Shown here: one piece after another, positions 38,013-46,217 of the stretch | Layout of the letters: every line of letters starts with the position of its first letter | Position numbering within the stretch: position 1 is the first letter of the stretch | Assembly: GCA_040755755.1 (NCBI GenBank) | Contig: JBFLZW010000031.1 | Span: 64,561 to 128,560, forward strand | Length of the DNA: 64,000 bases | Source of the DNA: a bacterium | GTDB taxonomy: Bacteria; SZUA-182; DTGQ01 | Direction: 5' to 3' | Notes under the pieces: generated by a model | Seen by the model: only the letters and a program-made list of their open reading frames with translations | Told to the model about the DNA's origin: nothing | Databases searched by the model: none | Program-made: the position numbers and the translations under genes

Positions 38013-38816
38013 TCACGCCATATCCTTTTTTGCCTCTTCCCACAGCTCATCCATCTCCTGAAGAGACATTTCCTGAAGAACCTTTCCCCTCTCCCTGGCC
38101 TTTTTTTCAATGAGCTGAAAGCGGCATATGAACCGGGTGATAGACCGGCTTAACGCCCTGTCTGGATCGACCTTGATGAACCGGGCCATATTTACTAAGG
38201 CGAATAATATATCTCCTAACTCATCTTCCATCTCCTGGGTGTTTTTCCGAAAAAAAGCATCTTCAAATTCCGATATCTCCTCCCGGACCTTGTCAAGGAC
38301 CTGGTCCGCGTGCTCCCAATCGAATCCTGCTCTGGCTGCCTTCTCCTGAAGCCTGTGCGCCCGCAGAAGAGCCGGCAACTGCCGGGGGACTCCATCCAGT
38401 ACCGATTCTCTTGGTTTTTTCCCCTCAGACTGCTTGATCTGCTCCCATCTGGTCAGTACTTCCCGGCTGCTGGTCGCTGTTTCTTTACCGAATACATGAG
38501 GATGCCTGCGGATGAGTTTGGCACAGATAGTTTCAATTACCTCGACAATGGTAAACCTGTCCTCTTCGGCAGAAAGTTGAGCGAGGAAAATTATCTGAAA
38601 CAGCAAATCCCCCAATTCTTCCTTGAGATGATTACCATCATCCTCGTCAATCGCCTCCAGAACTTCGTAGCTTTCCTCGAGAAGGAGGGGTTTTACCGAA
38701 GCGAAGGTTTGCTCTTTATCCCAGACACAGCCATGCTCTCCCCGGAGTGTGGCCGCGATCTGAACCAGGCGGGTAAAAGCTTCGCCGACAGTATGCCGAT
38801 TCTTATCCTCGTGCAC
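38013..38816 (-). CDS. mazG: nucleoside triphosphate pyrophosphohydrolase
   Basis: 267 aa with two MazG repeats: EESYEVLEAIDE..ELGDLLFQ and EEISEFEDA..ELGDILFALVN. Confidence 0.9.
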   Translation of the reverse strand: MHEDKNRHTVGEAFTRLVQIAATLRGEHGCVWDKEQTFASVKPLLLEESYEVLEAIDEDDGNHLKEELGDLLFQIIFLAQLSAEEDRFTIVEVIETICAKLIRRHPHVFGKETATSSREVLTRWEQIKQSEGKKPRESVLDGVPRQLPALLRAHRLQEKAARAGFDWEHADQVLDKVREEISEFEDAFFRKNTQEMEDELGDILFALVNMARFIKVDPDRALSRSITRFICRFQLIEKKARERGKVLQEMSLQEMDELWEEAKKDMA

Positions 38817-38963
38817 CGTGCTGATGTGGTCTCCTTTACGATCTTTTTATTATGAGGGCAGTTGTCTGATTATTCTGTAATGGACGGTACCACCTAAATT
38901 ATATATCGATGCTCATTGGATTTTCAAATTAAATATGTCTCATTCTGCATTATTTTTTACCTC

Positions 38964-38992
38964 TTGACATTAAAAATGAATCTTGTTATTTT
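38964..38992 (+). promoter_or_regulatory. sigma-70-like promoter candidate for hrcA-grpE
   Basis: TTGACA (38964-38969), a 17-nt spacer, then TATTTT (38987-38992), immediately upstream of the CIRCE operator. Confidence 0.4.
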
Positions 38993-39002
38993 TATTCTGA
39001 TG

Positions 39003-39029
39003 TTAGCACTCTATTTAATAGAGTGCTAA
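39003..39029. promoter_or_regulatory. CIRCE operator (HrcA binding site)
   Basis: TTAGCACTC-TATTTAATA-GAGTGCTAA is a perfect match to the CIRCE consensus TTAGCACTC-N9-GAGTGCTAA, directly in front of hrcA. Confidence 0.92.
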
Positions 39030-39052
39030 TTTGCTATCATGGAGACATCGAC

Positions 39053-40078
39053 GTGATTGAGGAACTTACTGAACGAGAAAAATTTATCCTTGAAGCAATT
39101 ATCAGGCAATATATCGGTATGGCTGAACCGATCGGTTCCCGGACCATTTCCAAAAAAATCAACCTGCCGCTCTCCCCGGCCACCATCCGTAATATTATGG
39201 CTGATCTGGAAGAGAAGGGATACCTTCAACACCCTCATACCTCTGCCGGGAGGATCCCGACGGATCAGGGCTATCGATATTATGTTGACAACCTTCTCAA
39301 ATCAAGTAGCCGGAAAAAGTCCAGAAAGACAGGGCTTGAGCCCCTGTCAAAAATTCATGAGCGGGAGGAGCTCATGGAAGGAGCCTGCCGGCTCTTATCC
39401 CTGCTGTCCAAATATGTCGGTATCGTCATTCCACCCAAGATCACTGACCTGCGGATGAAGCGCATGGATTTTATCCCCTTGAGCTCACACCGGATACTGG
39501 CGGTATTTGTATCTGAGACCGGCCTGGTGTACAACAAGATTATCGAGGCCAGGGAACCGTACACCGAGCGAGAGCTGAATATGATGAACCAGTTCATCAA
39601 TGAACGGTATCAGCATATGAATATCGTGCAAATCAGGGATAAACTCATGGAAGTAGTGTCCGAAGAGGGGAGACTGTACAAGAACCTGTTTGACAATATC
39701 AACCTCCTCAGTGAGGAAATCTCCAGAAGTCAGACAGACAGCCTCTATCTGCAGGGGCAGTCGAATATTCTGAAGCATCCAGAGTTTGCCGATGTCCAGA
39801 AGATCAGGGCGCTGTTCGATGCCTTCGAGGAAAAGATCAAGCTCATCCGGCTGCTGGATAAATGCATCGATTACGAGGGAGTAAGGGTTATCATCGGAGC
39901 GGAAAACGATAACCCTGATATTCAGGATTGCAGCATTGTCGCGGCACGCTACCAGATGGGAACCCTAGCCAGCGGCGTTATCGGCGTTATCGGGCCTACC
40001 AGGATGCGGTATCAGGAAGTTATCGAGCTGGTAGGCAGTGCAGCGAAAATCATCGATACGCTTTTCTCCGAAGAATAA
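39053..40078 (+). CDS. hrcA: heat-inducible transcription repressor HrcA
   Basis: LTEREKFILEAIIRQYIGMAEPIGSRTISKK forms the winged HTH, and ATIRNIMADLEEKGYLQHPHTSAGRIPT follows. The GTG at 39053 (GGAGA 7 nt upstream) is preferred, because the listed 39023 start would lie inside CIRCE. Confidence 0.92.
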   Translation: MIEELTEREKFILEAIIRQYIGMAEPIGSRTISKKINLPLSPATIRNIMADLEEKGYLQHPHTSAGRIPTDQGYRYYVDNLLKSSSRKKSRKTGLEPLSKIHEREELMEGACRLLSLLSKYVGIVIPPKITDLRMKRMDFIPLSSHRILAVFVSETGLVYNKIIEAREPYTERELNMMNQFINERYQHMNIVQIRDKLMEVVSEEGRLYKNLFDNINLLSEEISRSQTDSLYLQGQSNILKHPEFADVQKIRALFDAFEEKIKLIRLLDKCIDYEGVRVIIGAENDNPDIQDCSIVAARYQMGTLASGVIGVIGPTRMRYQEVIELVGSAAKIIDTLFSEE

Positions 40079-40137
40079 CAGATTATCAATCCATATGAAT
40101 TCAAAAGAACATCAGTAATAACAGGAGGAATTATCTT

Positions 40138-40695
40138 TTGGCTGAACCAGAAATACAATCAGCCCAGGCCGATGATCAGCAGGAAGCGCTGAGTGCACTT
40201 CATCAGGAACTCAATAACCTGAAGCGGCAGCTCGAACACTGTCAAAGTGCGCTCCAGAAGGAAAAGGAAATAAATAGAGAGCTTTCCGATAAGTCGTTGC
40301 GCCTTCAGGCGGAGTTTGAGAATTTTCGCCAGCGGATGCAGAAAGAAAAATCTGATTTCATGCGGTATGCACTCGAAAACCTCTTCAAAAATCTCCTGCC
40401 CCTGATCGATAACTTCGAGTTGGCCCTGGAATCGGCTGAAAAATCCTCGTGCTTCGAGGGGCTTTCCGAAGGAGTGAAACTTATTCACAGCCAGTTCCTG
40501 GATACTCTCCAGAAAGAGGGCCTGACCCGCTTTTCCTCTCTCGGCGAGCTCTTTGATCCCCGAAAGCATGAGGCTGTTATCCAGGTAGACTCTGACGGTC
40601 ATGGTGAAAATACCGTCGTAGAAGAATTCAAGAAGGGATATTGCCTCCATGACCGGCTTTTACGGCCCGCTCTGGTGGCCGTTGTTAAGGGCTGA
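40138..40695 (+). CDS. grpE: nucleotide exchange factor GrpE
   Basis: 185 aa with a coiled-coil N-terminus, RLQAEFENFRQR, and FDPRKHEAV near the C-terminus. TTG start after AGGAGG. Confidence 0.9.
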   Translation: MAEPEIQSAQADDQQEALSALHQELNNLKRQLEHCQSALQKEKEINRELSDKSLRLQAEFENFRQRMQKEKSDFMRYALENLFKNLLPLIDNFELALESAEKSSCFEGLSEGVKLIHSQFLDTLQKEGLTRFSSLGELFDPRKHEAVIQVDSDGHGENTVVEEFKKGYCLHDRLLRPALVAVVKG

Positions 40696-40714
40696 CCCCT
40701 TAACCCATGAAAAA

Positions 40715-41503
40715 ATGCCCAAATTTTTTATACTCCCGAAGGATATTTCCTCCGATCAGGCAATTATCAGAGGTGGTGACGCCCATCACATCCGCCGTGT
40801 TCTCCGCTTGAAGGCGAACGATGAGATAACGATCAATTGTCAGGGCAGAGACCTCCTGGCCCGGATTGAAACCATCTCTCCCTCCGAGGTCCGGCTTCGG
40901 ATCATGGAGCATCTTCCCTCCCCCTTCCAGAACAAAAATTCCCTCGTCCTGGTCCAGGGGATTCCCAAGCACTCGACCATGGACCTGATCCTCCAGAAAT
41001 CCACCGAGCTCGGAGTTGAGGAAATCATGCCCCTGGCCTCAAGCCGCAGCTTCGTCAATGAACAAAGGACAGTATCTGAAGGAAGGTGGCAGCGATGGCA
41101 AAAAATCTGCCAGGAGGCTGCCAAGCAATGCGGCCGAAGCACGGTTCCCAAGCTCCATCATCCGCTCGACCTTCCCGCCGTGTGCAGCCAGGTGGTCAAA
41201 GAGAACCGCATTCTTCCCCTGCTCCTGTGGGAGAAAGCCCAGCAGAGCCCCCTGAAATCCATCCTGGCTGGGAGGAGAAGAGTACACGGCAGAGAAGAAG
41301 AGGAAGATAGAGAATCAGGGACCAGAGAAGGAAATAAAATCTTTATCCTGGTTGGACCGGAAGGGAGCTTTTCCGGGGATGAAATTCAAATGGCCATACA
41401 GGCCGGGTTCATCCCCGTATCCTGTGCTCCCTGGATACTTCGGGCCGAGACTGCTGCCCTCTATGCACTATCCATTATTCAGTACGAGTTCAATTTCCCA
41501 TAG
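40715..41503 (+). CDS. rsmE: 16S rRNA (uracil1498-N3)-methyltransferase
   Basis: MPKFFI..., GGDAHHIRRVLRL, KSTELGVEEI and VGPEGSFSGDE motifs. The start at 40715 is preferred over 40649. A charged insert GRRRVHGREEEEDRESGTREGNK precedes the SAM-binding loop. Confidence 0.85.
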   Translation: MPKFFILPKDISSDQAIIRGGDAHHIRRVLRLKANDEITINCQGRDLLARIETISPSEVRLRIMEHLPSPFQNKNSLVLVQGIPKHSTMDLILQKSTELGVEEIMPLASSRSFVNEQRTVSEGRWQRWQKICQEAAKQCGRSTVPKLHHPLDLPAVCSQVVKENRILPLLLWEKAQQSPLKSILAGRRRVHGREEEEDRESGTREGNKIFILVGPEGSFSGDEIQMAIQAGFIPVSCAPWILRAETAALYALSIIQYEFNFP

Positions 41504-41564
41504 GCACCCCGGGATGAGCCGGATATGCAGGGTATGCAGAGCGCGCTGAAGCCGCCTTCTTTCT

Positions 41565-41587
41565 CCCTCGCCCCTTCGGGGAGAGGG
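41565..41587. repeat. REP-like GC-rich hairpin downstream of rsmE
   Basis: CCCTCGCCCC-TTC-GGGGAGAGGG forms a 10-bp stem with 1 mismatch, followed by CCGGGGTGAGGGG. This belongs to the widespread class of intergenic hairpins that give spurious PLPxGERG-like ORFs. Confidence 0.5.
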
Positions 41588-41673
41588 CCGGGGTGAGGGG
41601 CTTTCTCGGTACGTAGCCTAAAGCTATTGACATTGCCCACTGGGGCTCCCTGCAGGCTGCCCACACAAGGGGC

Positions 41674-41701
41674 AAGGGCAGGCACATGAATGCCTGCCCT
41701 T
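41674..41701. repeat. second REP-like hairpin
   Basis: AAGGGCAGGCA-CATGAA-TGCCTGCCCTT forms an 11-bp perfect stem. Confidence 0.55.
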
Positions 41702-41739
41702 CCAGGTGATAAAAATCATTACCCCCACATTGGCGCAGA

Positions 41740-42165
41740 TTAGATTCCAAGTGCCAGCAGGGTAGTGGTAGATGTGCTTCCTCCCAGGAGAAGAGCAGTA
41801 GCTATACCGATACTGGTAGAACTGGTGGTGTAGGTTGGATAGGAGTAAGTAGGTGTTGGAGTGGGCGTAGAATAGGTAGTATAGGGAGTATAGCTCGTAT
41901 AGGGAGTAGTGCTGTAAAGAGTGGTGGAGGAAGTGGGAAGTACGCCTAACAGGGCAAGTGTGGTCAATAGTGCCTGAGCACCCCGGTAAGGAATAAGCTC
42001 TGGAGGAACGGGAACATAGGGAGAATACCCAAAGGGGCTGTAAACATAGGTATAATAGGGACCGGAAGCACTGTAGTAGGCATCGGCAGTGGATACAAAA
42101 GCCGGGGAGGATATTAACACTACCATAAAAAGCCACAAAGCTGCTTTTCCAATTTTTGCTCTCAT
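41740..42165 (-). CDS. small exported/membrane Tyr-Thr-Ser-Pro-rich protein of unknown function
   Basis: 141 aa with an N-terminal signal-like segment (KAALWLFMVVLISSPAFVSTADA). By my count it has 17 Tyr and about 25 Thr and almost no charged residues. There are two further hydrophobic stretches. GAAAGGGA SD lies upstream of the ATG. No family was recognised. Confidence 0.55.
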   Translation of the reverse strand: MRAKIGKAALWLFMVVLISSPAFVSTADAYYSASGPYYTYVYSPFGYSPYVPVPPELIPYRGAQALLTTLALLGVLPTSSTTLYSTTPYTSYTPYTTYSTPTPTPTYSYPTYTTSSTSIGIATALLLGGSTSTTTLLALGI

Positions 42166-42714
42166 TGCGTTTCCCTTTCATAATCTTGAAGCTTTCCGAT
42201 TTGTTTTCTCATAAACCCTGACCTGCTTACCACGGGCAAAGCATAATAGCCATCTCTCACCCCCTTTGTGAACTCAGTGCGAACACTCTTCTCGCCGGAA
42301 AAATGAGAAAAACAGATGCATGAAAATAGCTGGAGAAGAAGTCGCTTAATTAAAGAGATTGTTAAAAAAGGCTGGGGAACTGGGGAGAAATAATTATTGT
42401 ATCGTATGAGCCGTTGAATGAATGAAAATATGTGTCTATTATATTGAGACGAATTTTTTTCGATTTCGTTATGGAACGGCCTTTGTTTAATTGAGAGGCT
42501 ATCTGAAAATCTCCCTCCAGATGAAGAACTGTACCTGCCGTCATCGAGAAGCTGGAGAAAAAGGTTAAAAACATCCGGCCTCAATGTCCTTTTTCCATTT
42601 CATCCAGTAAAATAACGCTGTAGGACCTAACAGTTTTAACTTATACTGAAATATGTTAAGGATTAATCTATTAATATATAATTAATCGTGGGCACATCTC
42701 CTTCCAGAATCAAA

Positions 42715-42753
42715 TTGACATTTATGCATAAATGATGCATACTTGTGCATATG
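42715..42753 (+). promoter_or_regulatory. vapBC promoter candidate with TGCAT-repeat operator, probably giving a leaderless mRNA
   Basis: TTGACA (42715-42720), a 17-nt spacer, then CATACT (42738-42743), with the ATG at 42751. The TATGCATA palindrome (42723-42730) and two further TGCAT copies (42736-40, 42746-50) overlap the promoter. Confidence 0.35.
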
Positions 42754-42948
42754 AGGACGACATTAAACATTGATGACAAAATTTTAGAGAAGGCTTCACT
42801 GTTAACAGGTGTAAAGGAAAAGACAGCCTTAGTGCGTCTTGGATTAGAGGCCCTTATAGCTCGTGAAAGCAGTAAGCGACTCGCAAGGCTGGGTGGCTCT
42901 GAAAAGAATCTTCGGCCTATTCCAAGACGAAGGTTTAAAGAATCATAA
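42751..42948 (+). CDS. vapB: VapB-type antitoxin (DUF2191/RHH-like)
   Basis: MRTTLNIDDKILEKASLLTGVKEKTALVRLGLEALIARESSKRLARLGGSE is the typical N-terminal MRTTLxIDDxL signature of this VapB family. It lies 2 nt before vapC. Confidence 0.8.
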   Translation: MRTTLNIDDKILEKASLLTGVKEKTALVRLGLEALIARESSKRLARLGGSEKNLRPIPRRRFKES

Positions 42949-42950
42949 TC

Positions 42951-43328
42951 ATGGTTATCGTCGATACTTCTCTTTGGGTTACCCACCTGAGAGAAGGCAA
43001 CAACCACCTTGAAGAATTGCTGCTGAATGGAGAAGTACTCTGTCATCCCTTCATCGTCGGTGAATTGGCGTGTGGGAACATCAAAAACAGAGTTGAATTA
43101 CTGACGCTTCTTCAATCACTTGAGATGGCTCCAACTGTCACCTTGGATGAACTATTGTATTTTATTGAGCGAAATAGATTAATGGGCAAAGGGGTCGGTT
43201 TTGTTGATGCACACCTATTAGCCTCAGCCCAATTAGCGGAAGTGCCCTTATGGACTTCTGATAAGAGATTGAAATCATCGGCAATTGACCTTAAAGTCGC
43301 CTATAAAGACGGGGCTGTTATATTCTGA
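42951..43328 (+). CDS. vapC: PIN-domain toxin VapC
   Basis: 125 aa. MVIVDTSLWV carries the first Asp, FIVGELACG the Glu, and GFVDAHLLASA the third Asp. WTSDKRL lies near the C-terminus. Confidence 0.88.
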   Translation: MVIVDTSLWVTHLREGNNHLEELLLNGEVLCHPFIVGELACGNIKNRVELLTLLQSLEMAPTVTLDELLYFIERNRLMGKGVGFVDAHLLASAQLAEVPLWTSDKRLKSSAIDLKVAYKDGAVIF

Positions 43329-43368
43329 AGGGCGAAATGTAACCCTGTCCCCCTTACCCCCTTCAGCC

Positions 43369-44334
43369 TTAATGTTTCCAGAGCTTCTTCAAAATGGAAA
43401 GCGGGCCTTTGGTGTCTTTATTCTCAGGGGCATCCTTGTGCTGGTGTCCTTCCCCTTTTTGATCGGAGGAAGGGGAACCCGGACGCTCATTGGAGGAGGG
43501 CTTTGGTATTTCAGCCAGGCGGCCGCTGCCCAGAAAGCGAAACAGGGGCCCCAAGGGGCCGAGGGACAGCTCATCGCCGGGATTGAGCGGTGACTGAAGG
43601 TCGATGGGCTGCCGGTTGACCATAATCAATCGTTGTCCCGTGAGGTCCTTGACCCAGTAGCGATCCTGACTGTAGAAGACCTGGACATGCTGACCCTGGA
43701 TACCAGGATGGTCAAGCTGAAAATCGCAGCTTGCCTCTTTTCCCATGGTAACCGGCACCGCTTTGTATGAGCGCAGCGTAGGGCCATACTGGATAATGAG
43801 GGGGACTCTCACGTTGTGCACCACGACTTTGCCTGCTGCCTCGACAGGCTCAGGATGAAGGGGTGGGGGTTCGGGCTGGAGGAAGGGGTGCTCAGGCTCC
43901 AGCCGGGAAGATGAATCCGGTTCACTCTCCGGGGGATGATGCGGCGGTGAAGGCAGGGGGCCGCTTTGCTGCGGAGCCGGGAGAACGCTTTCTTTCCCGG
44001 CTTGGTTTTCCTGAATCTGGGTCAGGAAGCTGACCTTTGGCCCGCCTTCGGCAAAAGACAACACGTCTCCGTTCTTCAGGTACGCCTCTTCAACCACTCT
44101 CTTGCCGTTGACAAAGGTGCCATTGGTGCTGTGGTCTACCAATTTAAAGCGATTTCCGTCTCGGACTATTTCGGCATGGTTGCGGGAAATTATGGTCAGA
44201 TCCGCCGGGAACTTCAAATGACATGACTGGTGGCGGCCAATGGCAATCCTGGCTTCGGAAAACTCCTGAATTTCGCCCTTGAGAGGCCCTTGAATATGAA
44301 CGAGTTGAACGGTAATAACCGGCTGTTGCTTCAT
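43369..44334 (-). CDS. protein with two FHA domains separated by a Pro-rich linker
   Basis: FHA1 is IAIGRHQSCHLKF...ISRNHAEIVRDGNRFKLVDHSTNGTFVNG. FHA2 is VTMGKEASCDFQLDHPGIQGQHVQVFYSQDRYWVKDLTGQ. The linker is PLPSPPHHPPESEPD...PEPPPLHPEP. Confidence 0.85.
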   Translation of the reverse strand: MKQQPVITVQLVHIQGPLKGEIQEFSEARIAIGRHQSCHLKFPADLTIISRNHAEIVRDGNRFKLVDHSTNGTFVNGKRVVEEAYLKNGDVLSFAEGGPKVSFLTQIQENQAGKESVLPAPQQSGPLPSPPHHPPESEPDSSSRLEPEHPFLQPEPPPLHPEPVEAAGKVVVHNVRVPLIIQYGPTLRSYKAVPVTMGKEASCDFQLDHPGIQGQHVQVFYSQDRYWVKDLTGQRLIMVNRQPIDLQSPLNPGDELSLGPLGPLFRFLGSGRLAEIPKPSSNERPGSPSSDQKGEGHQHKDAPENKDTKGPLSILKKLWKH

Positions 44335-44414
44335 TGGGAATAAAAATTATCTGATGGTAAATGGTTTATCATCCTGTTTGCAGTCCAGAACTCAATTATA
44401 GCCTGAATCTCGCA

Positions 44415-44428
44415 TTTCTTGCAAGAAA
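44415..44428. promoter_or_regulatory. perfect 14-bp palindrome in the FHA / PP2C divergent spacer (candidate operator)
   Basis: TTTCTTGCAAGAAA at 44415-44428. A second 10-bp palindrome, TCTCATGAGA, sits at 44484-44493 just downstream of a TTGACT (44469-44474). Confidence 0.3.
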
Positions 44429-44521
44429 ATAATTATTTACAACCTGCCATAAGTTTACTAAAATAGGATTGACTTTTAACCTTTCTCATGAGAGGATCTA
44501 TAACCACCAAATTGAAAGGCG

Positions 44522-45250
44522 ATGCCTATGACAGTCTCATTTGGACAATCAGATCCTGGCCTCAGACGCTCGAATAATGAAGATGCTTTCATCATCATAT
44601 CCGAAGCGGACCTTCTGGCAGTGGCCGATGGAATGGGCGGGGCAGCGGCTGGTGAGGTGGCCAGCCGGATATTTATTGAATCCGCCTCGGCACTTTCCGG
44701 CGGTGCGAAGTGTCAATCCGAGCAGGAAGCCCTTGTCAGGGTCCAGGATATCTTCAGATCAGCCAATGAAAAAATTATTAACCATGCCAGGCAGAACCCT
44801 CAGTGCCGGGGAATGGGGTGTACCGCCGAAGTCATTGTCTTCACCAGCCAGGGTTATGTTCTTGGCCATGTAGGAGACAGCCGCACCTATCTGCTGCGAG
44901 CGGGACAACTGAAACGATTGACGCATGATCACTCTGTGGTCCAGGAGCAGATCGACCAGGGCCTCATCACGCCAGAGGATGCCAGAAAACATCCCCTCAA
45001 AAGTGTTATCCTCAGAGCTGTAGGTGTCAACGAACAGTTGGCCCTTGACCTGATACGGGATAAAACCGTTCCCGGCGACCTTTTTCTCCTCTGCTCCGAC
45101 GGTCTGACAGATATGATTGACGATTCCTTCATCAAGGATATCCTTTCCCGTCCCCTGACTCTTTCTCAAAAGGGAACCCAGTTAATCGAGGCTGCCAAAT
45201 CAGCCGGGGGGTATGACAACGTAACGGTAGTTCTCGGTGAAGTAAAGTGA
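44522..45250 (+). CDS. PP2C-family Ser/Thr protein phosphatase
   Basis: 242 aa with RRSNNEDAF, VADGMGG, HVGDSR, LCSDGL and GGYDNVT motifs. All metal-binding Asp positions are present. Confidence 0.9.
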   Translation: MPMTVSFGQSDPGLRRSNNEDAFIIISEADLLAVADGMGGAAAGEVASRIFIESASALSGGAKCQSEQEALVRVQDIFRSANEKIINHARQNPQCRGMGCTAEVIVFTSQGYVLGHVGDSRTYLLRAGQLKRLTHDHSVVQEQIDQGLITPEDARKHPLKSVILRAVGVNEQLALDLIRDKTVPGDLFLLCSDGLTDMIDDSFIKDILSRPLTLSQKGTQLIEAAKSAGGYDNVTVVLGEVK

Positions 45251-45256
45251 TTGACC

Positions 45257-46204
45257 ATGAGCAAGTTCACTCGGGCGTGGATGGTCCTGGCCGTTGCCGC
45301 TGTCACGGTTTTTCTGCTGTTTGCGTTTGCCGGGGCTGGAAGCGCGGACGTGGAGTTCAGATCGTATCCTTTTCCTCTGCCGGAGGTGGAGGATGTCATT
45401 TCACGATGGCTGCACAGCAACGGCTTTGAGATCGTCCGTGCTTGCCGGGAAGGGGGCCAGGTCCACCTGGGAGCGATGAAAGAAGGCGAGCGCTGGCAGA
45501 TCATGCTCAAGCCCCGCTCTCCCCTGGCCTCGGAGGTCCAGGCCGAATACTTCCGGCAGGGGCAGCCCGATCAGGCGCTCCAGAAAGAACTATGGGCCCA
45601 TCTGCAAAGATATGCCCGGAATCCTGCTGCCGAACAAGAGGATTACGGTGTCCCCTCCCCGGTTTTGGCCCACAGTGAATCGGTGGTCTGCATCAAAGCC
45701 GAGCGGGGAGGAAAACCGATTCAGTTCTCCGGTTTCATTATTGACCGGGAGGGGTTAATATTAGGAACAGCCCATGACCTTGAAGGGATCCAGGAGGTCA
45801 GGGTTATTCTCGATAACGGCCATGAGCTGAACGGACAACTATGCAGGGCCGATCATGACCGGGATTTGGCTCTTATTGCCGTCAAGACCAGGTTCGATGC
45901 CTGCATTTCTCTTTCCCGGGGACGAAACCTCCTGAGCATGGGTGAAAAGGTGTTTTCGATCGGATGTCCCGTCAATCTGCAGGGAACGGTCCATGCCGGT
46001 TTCATCGACGGCCCTCCGAGGAAGGTGAATACTCTGCTCCTGTGGCAGGTGAATATGGAAGTCCTGCCGGGAAGCAGCGGCAGCCCGGTGTTTGATACCC
46101 AGGGAAACGTGGTGGCTGTTGTCAAGGGCAGATACCGCGGCACGGATTCAGTGGGCTTTCTGATCCCAATGGAGACGATCAGAGAATTTATGGGACAAAA
46201 ATAG
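45257..46204 (+). CDS. secreted trypsin-like (S1) serine protease with an uncharacterised N-terminal domain
   Basis: Signal peptide FTRAWMVLAVAAVTVFLLFAFAGAGSA. The triad context is GTAHDL (His), DRDLALI (Asp) and GSSGSPVF (Ser). The roughly 110-aa N-terminal domain was not recognised. Confidence 0.8.
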   Translation: MSKFTRAWMVLAVAAVTVFLLFAFAGAGSADVEFRSYPFPLPEVEDVISRWLHSNGFEIVRACREGGQVHLGAMKEGERWQIMLKPRSPLASEVQAEYFRQGQPDQALQKELWAHLQRYARNPAAEQEDYGVPSPVLAHSESVVCIKAERGGKPIQFSGFIIDREGLILGTAHDLEGIQEVRVILDNGHELNGQLCRADHDRDLALIAVKTRFDACISLSRGRNLLSMGEKVFSIGCPVNLQGTVHAGFIDGPPRKVNTLLLWQVNMEVLPGSSGSPVFDTQGNVVAVVKGRYRGTDSVGFLIPMETIREFMGQK

Positions 46205-46217
46205 GACGGAAGTTAGC

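Noticed and set aside
41624-42584. Alternative-frame ORFs 41624-42181 and 42162-42584 (minus strand)
   Set aside because: The first is an overlapping frame of the Tyr/Thr-rich gene and lacks the signal peptide and SD that the 41740-42165 frame has. The second lies in the AT-rich spacer and has implausible composition.
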